NCBI GenBank assembly: GCA_036393515.1
Contig: DASWGV010000153.1
Coordinates: forward strand, 5,283 to 69,282
Origin: Gemmatimonadales bacterium
Lineage (GTDB): Bacteria > Gemmatimonadota > Gemmatimonadetes > Gemmatimonadales > GWC2-71-9
Direction of reading: 5' to 3'
Length of the DNA: 64,000 nucleotides
The translations under genes and the position numbers were made by a program. This document shows positions 36,712 to 46,068 of this stretch, piece after piece. Every line of letters begins with the position of its first letter. Position 1 is the stretch's first letter. Under the pieces are notes generated by a model. The model had not been told where the DNA came from. It searched no databases and saw nothing but the letters and a program-made list of their open reading frames with translations.

Positions 36712-37796
36712 GGATCGTCATCGCCGGCGGCGGAACGGGAGGGCACCTGATGCCCGCGCTCGCCATCGCCGAGGCGCTGTGTCTCATCCAGTCCGACGTT
36801 GAGCCCGTGTTGATCGGCGCGCGCCGTGGTATCGAGGCGACGATCCTGCCCGCCCGGCCTTACCGGTTCCATCTGCTGCCGGCGGAACCGCTGTATCGCC
36901 GGCAGTGGTGGAAGAACGCTCGCTGGATGGTACTGGCGCCGCGCTTGTACGCGGCCGGCCGCTCCGTGGTGGAGCAGGAAAAGCCGGCCGTGGTGGTGGG
37001 GACGGGTGGGTACGCCGCCGCGCCGGTCCTGCTGGCGGCGTGGCGGCGAGGGTTGCCGCTGGTGTTGCAGGAACAGAACGCCATGCCGGGACTCGCCACG
37101 CGCTGGTTCGCCCGGTCTGCCCGTCAAATCCATCTCGGGTTTCCGGAAGCGAAACGGCGCCTCCGTCCAGGAAGGCGCACGGAAGTGCTGGCGTTCGGTA
37201 ACCCGGTGCCCCCGCCGCCGCCCGGGCTGGATCGGCGCGTCGCCCGGGACCGGCTGGAGCTTCCTCCGGACGGTCCGGTGGTGTTCGTCTTCGGTGGGAG
37301 TCAGGGATCACGTGCGCTCAACCACGCCACCGCGGGCATGCTGGAGGCGCGGCTGCTGGAGGGGGTCGCGGTGTGCTGGGGCACGGGAGCTGCCCAATGG
37401 GACGAATATCGGCGATACGATCGGCCGCCGCGCGTTCGTGTCCGGTCCTTCTGGGACCCGATCGCGGAGGCGTATCGAGCGAGCAATGTCGTGGTCGCGC
37501 GTGCCGGTGCCATGACTGCGGCGGAGCTGTGCGTGTACGGCGTTCCGGCCATTCTGGTACCGCTCCCCTCCGCGGCGGCGGACCACCAGACCCGGAATGC
37601 ACAGGCCCTGGTCGCGGCCGGCGCAGCGCGCCAACTTCGCGAGGCGGATCTGACGCCGGCGGTCTTGGCGGGCCACATTCAGTCCGTTGTCGGCGACCCC
37701 CAAGTCGCCGGCCAAATGGGCCGGGCGGCGCTGGCGCGCGGCGCTCCGGACGCATCCCGAAGAATAGCCGAAGCCATCCTGCGCCTCGGATTGTAA
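36708..37796 (+). CDS. murG: UDP-N-acetylglucosamine--N-acetylmuramyl-(pentapeptide) pyrophosphoryl-undecaprenol GlcNAc transferase
   Basis: In-frame part of ORF 36399..37796. GTG 36708 overlaps the ftsW stop. Motifs IAGGGTGGHLMPALA, GGYAA and HQTRNA. Confidence 0.92.
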   Translation: MRIVIAGGGTGGHLMPALAIAEALCLIQSDVEPVLIGARRGIEATILPARPYRFHLLPAEPLYRRQWWKNARWMVLAPRLYAAGRSVVEQEKPAVVVGTGGYAAAPVLLAAWRRGLPLVLQEQNAMPGLATRWFARSARQIHLGFPEAKRRLRPGRRTEVLAFGNPVPPPPPGLDRRVARDRLELPPDGPVVFVFGGSQGSRALNHATAGMLEARLLEGVAVCWGTGAAQWDEYRRYDRPPRVRVRSFWDPIAEAYRASNVVVARAGAMTAAELCVYGVPAILVPLPSAAADHQTRNAQALVAAGAARQLREADLTPAVLAGHIQSVVGDPQVAGQMGRAALARGAPDASRRIAEAILRLGL

Positions 37797-37807
37797 GTCC
37801 TGTGTCT

Positions 37808-37835
37808 TTCGCAAGTTCTGAACTGGCTTTATATT
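37808..37835 (+). promoter_or_regulatory. internal dcw promoter candidate in an AT-rich island (TTCGCA-N16-TATATT)
   Basis: The 51-nt murG-murC spacer is the most AT-rich stretch I noticed in the dcw cluster. TTCGCA at 37808-13, a 16-nt spacer, then TATATT at 37830-35. ATG 37848 follows 12 nt later with no clear Shine-Dalgarno. Confidence 0.3.
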
Positions 37836-37847
37836 AGCTGCCCACCA

Positions 37848-39227
37848 ATGCACCTGTTCACCCCCAGCGATCCCCGGCCAATTCACTTCATGGGGGTGGC
37901 TGGAGCGGGGATGAGCGCCCTCGCGCTGATCGCTCGGCGGCGGGGCGTGGCGGTGACCGGGTGCGATACCGAGCCGGGGGGGGCGGCGGATGTAGTCGCC
38001 GCGGGTGCCCAGGTGCTTCAGGGGCACGATCCGGCCCACGTGAGCAAGGCGCGGGGAGTCGTCTACACGGCTGCGGTGCCGGCTGAACACGCGGAGTTGC
38101 GTGCCGCGCGGGCCGCGGGCATCCCGGTGATCCGACGCGCGGACGCGTTGCAGTTGGTGGTGCAGGGTGGCACGTTGGTCGCCGTCGCGGGCACGCACGG
38201 CAAGACGACGACGACAGTGATGACCACCGAGGCACTCGCGGCCGCCGGGCGACACCCAACGGGCATCGCCGGCGGCCGTGTCGCAAGCTGGGGCGGCAAC
38301 GCCCGGTTGGGTGGGCCCGACCTGTTCGTGGCCGAGGCCGACGAATACGACCGCGCGTTTCTGTCGCTGGACCCGGACGTCGCGGTGGTGAACAATGTCG
38401 AAGCCGATCACCTGGAGTGCTACGGAACGGTGGCCGCGCTGGAGGCGGCGTTCGTCGAGTTTGCGGGCAAGGGCCAGCGCGCCTTGTTCGGCGCGGATGA
38501 TGGTGGGGCCCGGCGGGTCGCGGAGGCGGTGGGAGGCGAGCGCTGGTTGGTCGGGCTGGCGGCGGATGCCGATGTGCGCGTGGAGGATGTCCGGCAGACC
38601 AGTCGGGTGACTCGGGCGGTGGTGAAGTTCCCGGACCGAGGGGAAGTCGCCCTTGAGCTCGTGGTCCCGGGGGTGCACAACGTGCGCAACGGGGCCATGG
38701 CGCTTGCGGTGGTGGCGGCGTTGGGGGAGGATCTGGATCTGGCCGCCACTGCGCTCGCCCGGTTTACCGGGGTTGGGCGCCGGTTCGAGGTGGTGGGTCG
38801 CGCCGGGGACGTGCTGGTGGTGGATGACTACGCTCACCATCCGTCGGAGGTCGCCGCCACCATCGCCGCGGCGCGGCAGCGTTTTCCGGGCGCTCGTCTG
38901 GTCGCGGTGTTTCAGCCGCATCTGTATACGCGCACCCGGCTGCACGGCGAGGCCTTGGGCATCGTGTTGGCGGCAGCCGACCACGTTGTGGTGACGGAGA
39001 TATATGCGGCCCGAGAGGACCCCATCGCCGGCGTCAGCGGGTCAGCCGTCGCGCGGGCGGCGCGCCGCGCGGGGGCCCCGGTGGCGTGGGTGCCGGATCG
39101 CGACGCGGTGGCAGATGCGCTGGTCGAGCTGGTGCGGCCCGGGGACGTCGTGCTCACCATGGGCGCCGGCGACATCACGCAATTGGGGCGCGAGTTGCTG
39201 GGGCGGTTGGGCGGTCGGGCGGCGTGA
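37848..39227 (+). CDS. murC: UDP-N-acetylmuramate--L-alanine ligase
   Basis: ORF 37848..39227. Motifs HFMGVAGAGMSALA, VAGTHGKTTTT and DDYAHHP. Confidence 0.93.
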   Translation: MHLFTPSDPRPIHFMGVAGAGMSALALIARRRGVAVTGCDTEPGGAADVVAAGAQVLQGHDPAHVSKARGVVYTAAVPAEHAELRAARAAGIPVIRRADALQLVVQGGTLVAVAGTHGKTTTTVMTTEALAAAGRHPTGIAGGRVASWGGNARLGGPDLFVAEADEYDRAFLSLDPDVAVVNNVEADHLECYGTVAALEAAFVEFAGKGQRALFGADDGGARRVAEAVGGERWLVGLAADADVRVEDVRQTSRVTRAVVKFPDRGEVALELVVPGVHNVRNGAMALAVVAALGEDLDLAATALARFTGVGRRFEVVGRAGDVLVVDDYAHHPSEVAATIAAARQRFPGARLVAVFQPHLYTRTRLHGEALGIVLAAADHVVVTEIYAAREDPIAGVSGSAVARAARRAGAPVAWVPDRDAVADALVELVRPGDVVLTMGAGDITQLGRELLGRLGGRAA

Positions 39228-39901
39228 CCCGGATGCGGCGCACGGCCACCGCCGGGGCCGCGGTGCTGGGAGCGGTCCTCGGAGCCATCTGGCTGCTTCC
39301 CCGGCTGCCGTTTTTCCGGGTGCGGCAGGTCGAGATCGAGGGCGTACGGTACCTGGCCCCGGAGCAGGTGGTGCGCGCGTTGGGCCTGGCCGACCGGCAG
39401 AGCCTGTTTGCCTCGCTCGGGCCGTTAGAGCGGCGCGTCGAACGCATGGCCGGTGTAGTGGAGGCGCGGGTCTCGCGCCGGCCGCCGGGCACGCTGCGCG
39501 TGCGGATCGCGGAGCAGGTACCGGTGGCGTTCGCACCGGGACCGGACGGGCTGGTGGCCCTGGACGGCGAGGGGCGCCCTCTCCCCTACGACCCCGCCGC
39601 CAGCGGGATCGACCTGCCCGTGATTCCCGGGAGCGACCGCGCGGTGCTGACGGTGCTGGCGCGCGCCCAGACGGCGGATTCGGCCCTGTACCGGGACATC
39701 GAAACGGCCCGGCCCGGCCCTCGGCAAACGGTGATCCTGGAACTGGGTGAACGGCGTGTCATGGTACGCACGGAGGCCACGGGCGAGGACTTTGAGGCGG
39801 TGGGCGCCGTGCGCCGGCATCTGGCGGCGGCCGGCCGGCCCTATGCCGAGCTGGACGCCCGCTTTGCGGGCTGGGTGGTGGTGCGAAGGAATCGCTCGTG
39901 A
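39224..39901 (+). CDS. ftsQ: cell division protein FtsQ (POTRA domain)
   Basis: In-frame part of ORF 39086..39901. GTG 39224 overlaps the murC stop; ATG 39233 is an alternative start. TM AAVLGAVLGAIWLL, then POTRA-like FRVRQVEIEGVRYLAPEQV. Confidence 0.75.
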   Translation: MTRMRRTATAGAAVLGAVLGAIWLLPRLPFFRVRQVEIEGVRYLAPEQVVRALGLADRQSLFASLGPLERRVERMAGVVEARVSRRPPGTLRVRIAEQVPVAFAPGPDGLVALDGEGRPLPYDPAASGIDLPVIPGSDRAVLTVLARAQTADSALYRDIETARPGPRQTVILELGERRVMVRTEATGEDFEAVGAVRRHLAAAGRPYAELDARFAGWVVVRRNRS

Positions 39902-41127
39902 GACGGGATCGACTGGTGGCGGGACTCGACCTGGGGAGCACCAAGACCTGCGCGGTGATCGCGGAGGCAACCGGCGACGCCCGCGTCCTCGGGGCCAAGA
40001 TGCTCGGGGTGGGTGTCGCGCGCGCGACGGGAGTCCGGCGGGGCGTGGTGCGGGACATCGAGGAAACCACCCGGTCCATTGTGCAGGCCATGCGGGATGC
40101 CGAACGGATGGCCGGCGTCCAGGTTCCGGCCGTATTTTGCGGGATCGCGGGCGAGCACGTGGCGGCGCGCACCTCGACTGGCTTGGCGTCGGTGACGGGC
40201 GACGAGATCAGCCGAGCCGACGTGGATCGGGTGGACGACGTGGCGCGGGCGGTGACACTGGGCCGCGATCACGAGCTCCTGCATCACATCCCGCAGGAGT
40301 ACAAGGTGGACAACCAGGGCGGCATCAGCGATCCCGTCGGGATGACCGGCCTCCGCTTGGAAGTCGAGATGTACCTGGTGTCGGTGCAGAGCACCGCCGC
40401 GCAGAACCTTCGCAAGTCGGTGGAGCGCGCCGGGTATCGTGTGGCGGAGCTGGTGCTGGAGCCCCTGGCGGCGGCGCTGGCGGTGCTGACCGAGGAAGAG
40501 AAGGAGCTGGGGTGTGCGTTGGTGGAGCTCGGCGGCGGGTCGACCAACGTGGCCATCTTCCGCGACGGGAAGATCCGGCACATCGCCTCGCTGCGGTTTG
40601 CCGGAGCGCACGTGACCAGCGATCTGGTGCAGGGGCTGGGCATTACGCAGGCGGATGCGGAGCGGCTGAAGGAACGCCACGGCGTGGCGTACATGCCGCT
40701 GGTGGATCCGGACGAGACCATCGACCTGCCCAGCACGCCGGGACAAGGTCCGCGGCAGGCCAAGCGGGAGTTGATTGCGCATATCATTCACCAGCGCCTG
40801 GACGAGGTCTTCGGCCTGGTGATGCGGGAGCTGGTGGAGACGCACGTGGCGGATCGGCTCCCCGCCGGTATCGTGCTAACGGGCGGGGGGGCGCAGCTTC
40901 CCGGGGTGGTCGAGCTGGCGCGCGACGTGTTCGCGTCGCCCGCCCGGCTGGGGATTCCCGGACGATGGATCTCCGGGCTGGTGGATAGCGTGCAGGCGCC
41001 GCGCTATGCTGTTCCGGTCGGGTTGGCGCTGTTCGGTGCCCGGGGACGGGTAGGTGGCATCGGGGGCGAGGGTCGGGTGGATCGGTTCCTTGCCCCCGTG
41101 AGGCGTTGGTTCCAGGATTTCTTCTGA
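39898..41127 (+). CDS. ftsA: cell division protein FtsA
   Basis: ORF 39898..41127. The GTG start overlaps the ftsQ stop. Actin-fold motifs GLDLGSTKTCAV, VELGGGSTNVAIF and IVLTGGGAQLPG. Confidence 0.92.
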   Translation: MRRDRLVAGLDLGSTKTCAVIAEATGDARVLGAKMLGVGVARATGVRRGVVRDIEETTRSIVQAMRDAERMAGVQVPAVFCGIAGEHVAARTSTGLASVTGDEISRADVDRVDDVARAVTLGRDHELLHHIPQEYKVDNQGGISDPVGMTGLRLEVEMYLVSVQSTAAQNLRKSVERAGYRVAELVLEPLAAALAVLTEEEKELGCALVELGGGSTNVAIFRDGKIRHIASLRFAGAHVTSDLVQGLGITQADAERLKERHGVAYMPLVDPDETIDLPSTPGQGPRQAKRELIAHIIHQRLDEVFGLVMRELVETHVADRLPAGIVLTGGGAQLPGVVELARDVFASPARLGIPGRWISGLVDSVQAPRYAVPVGLALFGARGRVGGIGGEGRVDRFLAPVRRWFQDFF

Positions 41128-41155
41128 TCACCACCGCGGCTTGACGAGGGATCCG

Positions 41156-42310
41156 ATGGTCTTCGAACTCGAGCAGACGGTCTCGCAGAACGCCCGCATG
41201 AAGGTCGTAGGCGTCGGGGGCGGCGGTGGGAACGCCGTCAACCGCATGGTGGCCGAACACCTGATGGGCGTTGAGTTTATCTCTGTCAACACCGATGCGC
41301 AGGCGCTCTTGGGCAACAAGGCCGACGTGAAGGTCCAAATCGGCAAGAAGCTCACGCGAGGCCTCGGCGCGGGGGCGCGGCCTGAGATCGGGCGCCAGGC
41401 GATCGAGGAAAACCGCGACGAGGTGTTGAACGTGCTTACCGGAGCGGACCTGGTGTTCGTCACCTGCGGCATGGGTGGCGGCACCGGCACGGGGGCGGCG
41501 CCCATCATCGCCCAGTTGGCGCGCGACGTGGGTGCACTCACCGTCGGCATCATCACCAAGCCGTTCCTGTTCGAGGGGCGGAAACGCATGAAACAGGCGG
41601 AGTTGGGCATCGCCGAGATGCGCAAGCACGTGGACACCATGATTGTGGTGCCCAACGAGCGCCTGCTCGCCGTGGTGGGCAAGAACGTGCCGTTTCAGGA
41701 TGCCCTCAAGAAGGCCGACGAGGTGCTGTTGCACGCCACGCAGGGTATCTCGACGCTGATCAGTGTGACCGGCTTGGTAAACGTGGACTTCGCGGATGTG
41801 CGGACGGTCATGCAAAACGGGGGTTCGGCGCTCATGGGAACCGGCGTCGGCCGGGGTGAGGATCGGGCGGTCGAGGCCGCGCAGCAGGCCATCTCGAGCC
41901 CGCTGCTGGACAATGTCTCGATCACCGGGTCGACGGGCGTGCTGGTGAACATCACCGGCGGGCAGGACCTCACGTTGGGCGAAGTCAATCAGATTTCCGA
42001 AATCATCCACGAGGCCGCCGGCGATCAGGCCGAGATCATCTTCGGGGCGGTGCACGATCCGGCCATGGAAGGCGAAGCGCGGGTCACCGTGATCGCGACC
42101 GGGTTTGATCAGCCGTTGGGTCACGAGGCCGTGGGACGCGGGCAGCCGGGTGTGCTGCAGTTCCCTCAGCGAGCTTCACGGCCGTCCATGCCGGCGGTCG
42201 CGCCTCCGGTGTCCAAGCGCCCCACCGCGGCCCCCCCAAGCGGGCCGGCCGAGGGCGGCGACGTTTCGGAGATGGAGATCCCGACGTTCATCCGGCGTCA
42301 AATGGACTGA
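41156..42310 (+). CDS. ftsZ: cell division GTPase FtsZ
   Basis: ORF 41141..42310. I prefer ATG 41156, which has GAGGG 5 nt upstream. Motifs GVGGGGGNAVN, GMGGGTGTGAAP and NVDFADV, plus the conserved C-terminal peptide EIPTFIRRQ. Confidence 0.95.
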   Translation: MVFELEQTVSQNARMKVVGVGGGGGNAVNRMVAEHLMGVEFISVNTDAQALLGNKADVKVQIGKKLTRGLGAGARPEIGRQAIEENRDEVLNVLTGADLVFVTCGMGGGTGTGAAPIIAQLARDVGALTVGIITKPFLFEGRKRMKQAELGIAEMRKHVDTMIVVPNERLLAVVGKNVPFQDALKKADEVLLHATQGISTLISVTGLVNVDFADVRTVMQNGGSALMGTGVGRGEDRAVEAAQQAISSPLLDNVSITGSTGVLVNITGGQDLTLGEVNQISEIIHEAAGDQAEIIFGAVHDPAMEGEARVTVIATGFDQPLGHEAVGRGQPGVLQFPQRASRPSMPAVAPPVSKRPTAAPPSGPAEGGDVSEMEIPTFIRRQMD

Positions 42311-43563
42311 TGCTGCGCGGCGCGCGGGCAGGTCTGATGGCCGCGGTGGCGGCGGCGGGGTGGCTGGCTGGAGCGGCCACCTGGTCCCGCGGGCGACTGC
42401 CGGTGGCCCAGCCGCTCACGGTGACCTCGCCTCATTACGAGCGGGCGGACACGCTGCATCGCCGCGAGACGCTGTCCCACGTCTTTGGACGGCGAGGGAT
42501 CGAGGGTGGCGAGCTGGTGGCCGCGCTGCGCGCCGCCGCCGGCCTGGATCCGCGGCGCTTGCGCGCAGGCCAGGTCTTTGAGTTCAAGTATGCCGCGGTG
42601 ACGCCGGTCCCGGAGCGCGTGCGGGCACGCCTGGGGGATGACCGCGTCCTGTGGCTCCGGCGCGCCGGCCCGGGGGACTGGCGCGCAGAATGGGAGACCA
42701 TTCTGTGGACCCCGGAGGCGATCCGAGTGCGTGGCGCCATAGCCTCCTCGCTCTACGACGCGCTCCGCGCCGCCGTCGCGGACACCATCATGCCGGCGGC
42801 GGAAACGGATCGCCTCACCTACGACCTGGCGGACAACGTCTTTGCCTGGGAGATCGATTTTCAGACGGAGGTCGTGGCCGGAGACGCGTTCCATCTGTTG
42901 TTCGAGCGGCTGGTGTCGTCGGAGGGAGAGGTGCGATATGGACGGCTGGTTGCCGCGACGCTCCAGACGCGCCGCACGCCGAGAACCGCGTATGTGATGT
43001 CGGACGCGGAGGGTCGCAACACCTACTATGACGCTGAGGGTCGCTCGCTGCGCCGGGCCTTCAAGCGCGCTCCCGTGCCGTATCGGGTCACGTCACGATT
43101 TTCGTACAGCCGCTTCCATCCGGTCCTGAAGGCGTATCGGGCCCATCTGGGGACCGATTATCGGGCTCCGATTGGCACCCGGGTGGAAGCCACTGGCGAC
43201 GGCGCCGTAACGCGCGCCGGTCGCTGGGGAGGGTACGGCATCATGGTCTCGCTCCGGCACCCCAAGGCGATCGAGACCCGCTACGCCCATCTGAGCCGGC
43301 TGGCGCCGGGTGTTCGGCCGGGTGTGCGGGTGCGGCAGGGTGAGACCATCGGCTATTCGGGCCTGACGGGCCTCGCGACCGCGCCCCACGTTCATTACGA
43401 ATTCCTGCAGAATGGGCGTCAGAAGAACCCCCGCAGCGTAGATGTCGGGAATGGAGATCCCGTTCCGGCGGTTCGCCGAGCCGAATTCGAGGCGCTGCGG
43501 TACCGGTACGATCGGTTGCTGCGGGGTGACGCGCCATTCATCTACGCGGCATCAGCCCACTGA
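42310..43563 (+). CDS. M23/LytM-family peptidoglycan endopeptidase
   Basis: ORF 42310..43563. The ATG shares one nt with the ftsZ stop. N-terminal hydrophobic anchor. Catalytic HLGTDYRAP and APHVHYEF motifs are intact. Confidence 0.85.
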   Translation: MLRGARAGLMAAVAAAGWLAGAATWSRGRLPVAQPLTVTSPHYERADTLHRRETLSHVFGRRGIEGGELVAALRAAAGLDPRRLRAGQVFEFKYAAVTPVPERVRARLGDDRVLWLRRAGPGDWRAEWETILWTPEAIRVRGAIASSLYDALRAAVADTIMPAAETDRLTYDLADNVFAWEIDFQTEVVAGDAFHLLFERLVSSEGEVRYGRLVAATLQTRRTPRTAYVMSDAEGRNTYYDAEGRSLRRAFKRAPVPYRVTSRFSYSRFHPVLKAYRAHLGTDYRAPIGTRVEATGDGAVTRAGRWGGYGIMVSLRHPKAIETRYAHLSRLAPGVRPGVRVRQGETIGYSGLTGLATAPHVHYEFLQNGRQKNPRSVDVGNGDPVPAVRRAEFEALRYRYDRLLRGDAPFIYAASAH

Positions 43564-43588
43564 GGAGCCGCAGGGAACCCGCCTTTTC

Positions 43589-44251
43589 GTGCTGATTTAT
43601 CCCGCGGTCGACATTCAGCAGGGCCGTGTCGCGCGCGGGCCTGCCGCCTCCCCTTTGGCCGATCCTCTCGCGACGGTGCAACGGTTCCTTGCCGAGGGCG
43701 CCGGGTGGATCCACGTGGTGGATCTGGACCGAGCACGCCAGACGGGCCGGGAGAATGACGAGGTGGTGCGGGCGATCGCCCATGAGGCCGCCGGGCAGGT
43801 TCAGGTGGGTGGACTCTTGGGCAGGGCGGCCCAGGTGCGGGCGGCGCTGGCCCTCGGCGCAGCGCGAGCGGTGGCCACCGCCGCGATCGATCCTGCCGAG
43901 CTCGCCGAGGTGGTGGGCGAATTCGGCTCGGAGCGGTTGGCGTTGGGCATCGACGCCCGCGACGGCCACCTGACGTCGGAGGCCCCAGGCATGCTGCAAC
44001 GGGCCGCGACGCTGGGGATTGACACCGTGATCTATCGTGACGTTGGGCGCGATGGAGCGCTCAACGGTCCCGACGTCGAGGGCGCGCGGCGATTGGTGGG
44101 TCGCTGTGCCAAGGTCGTGCTGGCCGGCGGCGTCGGGGGTCTGCGTGACATCGCCGACGCCCGCGCGGCCGGGCTGGACGGGCTGATCATCGGACGGGCC
44201 TTGCTTGAGGGCCGGTTCACGCTGGTGGAGGCACTGTCATGGGCGCGGTGA
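43589..44251 (+). CDS. HisA/PriA-like (beta/alpha)8 ProFAR isomerase family protein
   Basis: In-frame part of ORF 43442..44251, with a GTG 43589 start (VLIYPAVDIQQGRV). Motifs HVVDLD, LGIDARDG and GGVGGLRDI...GLIIGRALLEG. No other his genes are in the window. Confidence 0.7.
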   Translation: MLIYPAVDIQQGRVARGPAASPLADPLATVQRFLAEGAGWIHVVDLDRARQTGRENDEVVRAIAHEAAGQVQVGGLLGRAAQVRAALALGAARAVATAAIDPAELAEVVGEFGSERLALGIDARDGHLTSEAPGMLQRAATLGIDTVIYRDVGRDGALNGPDVEGARRLVGRCAKVVLAGGVGGLRDIADARAAGLDGLIIGRALLEGRFTLVEALSWAR

Positions 44252-46068
44252 GTTTCCTCGCCGTGGCGATGGCCGCCGTGCTGGCGCTGGTGGTGTATCT
44301 GCGTCACGAGCGGCTGGGCGCCGCGGGCGTCGGCCTGGCGGCGCTTCGCACCACCGGGATGGCGGCGCTGATCGTGCTGCTGTGGGATCCGGTGCGGGCG
44401 GTGCGGGTGCAACGGGAATCACCCACCGTGCTGCTCGACGCCTCACTGAGCATGGGGGGGGCCGGCGGACGATGGGCCGAGGCCCTGGACACCGCCGCGG
44501 CTCTTGCGGGACGCGGGGGCACCGTGCTGCGGTTTGGCCGGGGGGTGGTCCCTTCCGATACCACCCCTCCCCTGGACGGCGCGACGCACCTGTCGGAAGC
44601 GTTGGCGGTGGCCCACGGCCGTGGTGGTCCCGTGGTGATCATCACCGACGGCGAAGTGGAAGATCGCTCCGCGGTTGACCGGAGCCTCATGGAGCGGGTC
44701 CGGGTCGTGGTGTTGCCTCGCGTTTCGGTACCGAACGCCTCGTTGGTCGAGGCGAACCTACCGGACCGGGCGACTGCCCAGGACACGGTGTCCGTCGCGG
44801 TCGGCGCGGAGTTTACCCACGACTTGCGGCCCGACTCGGCCCGAGTGGAAGTCTGGGAAGGCGCGCGGCGCCTGGCGCAGCGAACGCTTCCGGTGTCGCC
44901 GGGGGGCCTGGTGCGGCGGATCATCGTGCTGCCGCCCGGACTCCTTGCCGCCGGTGAGCACGTGCTCCGTGTGCGACTGACTTTGGCCGGCGACGCGGAG
45001 CCTCGGGACAACGAGCGGACCCGGCTGATCATGGTGGCGGCGGAACCGGCCATCACCGTGATCGCCGTGCCGGGCGACTGGGAGGCGAGGTTCCTCACGG
45101 CGACGCTCGGCGAGATCGTGCGCGTCCCCATTCAGGCGTATGCGCTGGTACGCCCCGGGCACTGGCTGAACCTGCGTACCCTCCTGCCCGCGCCCGAGGC
45201 CGACGTAGTGCGGCGATCCCAAGCCGCCAATCTGGTGGTCACCCTGGGCTCGACAGGTATGGCGGATGGTCACCCGGTGGTTTGGCGCTGGCGGGGCGCT
45301 GATTCCGCGGCCAGCGTGCTCACTGGGGACTGGTACCTTGTGCGCGATCCACCGTCGTCGCCGCTGGCCGGGCGATTATCCGGCGTCGCGTGGGACTCGC
45401 TCCCGCCGCTGACCGGTATCGTGCCAACCGTGCCCGCCGTCGGGGAGTGGACCGGCCTGGCCGCCCGTCTGGGACGTCGTGGAGCGGACCGACCGGTGCT
45501 GGTGGGCCGAGATTCCGCCGGCACCAGGCATCTCACGGTGACTGGCGACGGGCTCTGGCGCTGGGCTCTCCGTGGAGGCGCGCCACGGGAGGCCTACCGG
45601 GCGGTGGTCGCTGCCGGAACGGATTGGTTGCTCGGAGCGGACGTGGCGGGGCCAGGCGGTCCCCTGGCGGTCGTCTCCGAGGTGCCGCGGGGCGTTCCCG
45701 CGGTCTTTCGGTGGCGGGCGGGCGAACCTCCGGACTCGGTGGTAGTACGATTCACCGGCGCAGCCTCGCGCACGGCCGCGCTCAGGTTCGACGGCGAGGG
45801 ACGCGCGCCGGTATTGCTCGAGCCGGGTGTCTACCAGTGGGCGCTGGCGGACCAGCGGGCCGGCGTTCGGACTGCGGGCGGTACCCTGGTGGTGGAGGAG
45901 TATTCGGACGAATTCCGGTCGCGCGCCGCGAGCCTGGCGCCGGCGCCGGGCTCGGGCGGATTCATGAACACGTTCCAACGCGCGCGCCACCGGTGGTGGC
46001 TCTTCGGGTTGGTTCTGGTCGCGCTGGTGGCGGAGTGGACCTGGCGACTTCGGCGGGGCCTACCGTGA
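44239..46068 (+). CDS. hypothetical membrane protein with N-terminal double TM, vWA-like MIDAS motif and C-terminal TM anchor
   Basis: ORF 44239..46068, overlapping the hisA-like gene by 13 nt. TM FLAVAMAAVLALVVYL and MAALIVLLW, then LLDASLSM (DxSxS) and VVIITDGE. C-terminal WWLFGLVLVALVAEW. Confidence 0.6.
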   Translation: MGAVSFLAVAMAAVLALVVYLRHERLGAAGVGLAALRTTGMAALIVLLWDPVRAVRVQRESPTVLLDASLSMGGAGGRWAEALDTAAALAGRGGTVLRFGRGVVPSDTTPPLDGATHLSEALAVAHGRGGPVVIITDGEVEDRSAVDRSLMERVRVVVLPRVSVPNASLVEANLPDRATAQDTVSVAVGAEFTHDLRPDSARVEVWEGARRLAQRTLPVSPGGLVRRIIVLPPGLLAAGEHVLRVRLTLAGDAEPRDNERTRLIMVAAEPAITVIAVPGDWEARFLTATLGEIVRVPIQAYALVRPGHWLNLRTLLPAPEADVVRRSQAANLVVTLGSTGMADGHPVVWRWRGADSAASVLTGDWYLVRDPPSSPLAGRLSGVAWDSLPPLTGIVPTVPAVGEWTGLAARLGRRGADRPVLVGRDSAGTRHLTVTGDGLWRWALRGGAPREAYRAVVAAGTDWLLGADVAGPGGPLAVVSEVPRGVPAVFRWRAGEPPDSVVVRFTGAASRTAALRFDGEGRAPVLLEPGVYQWALADQRAGVRTAGGTLVVEEYSDEFRSRAASLAPAPGSGGFMNTFQRARHRWWLFGLVLVALVAEWTWRLRRGLP

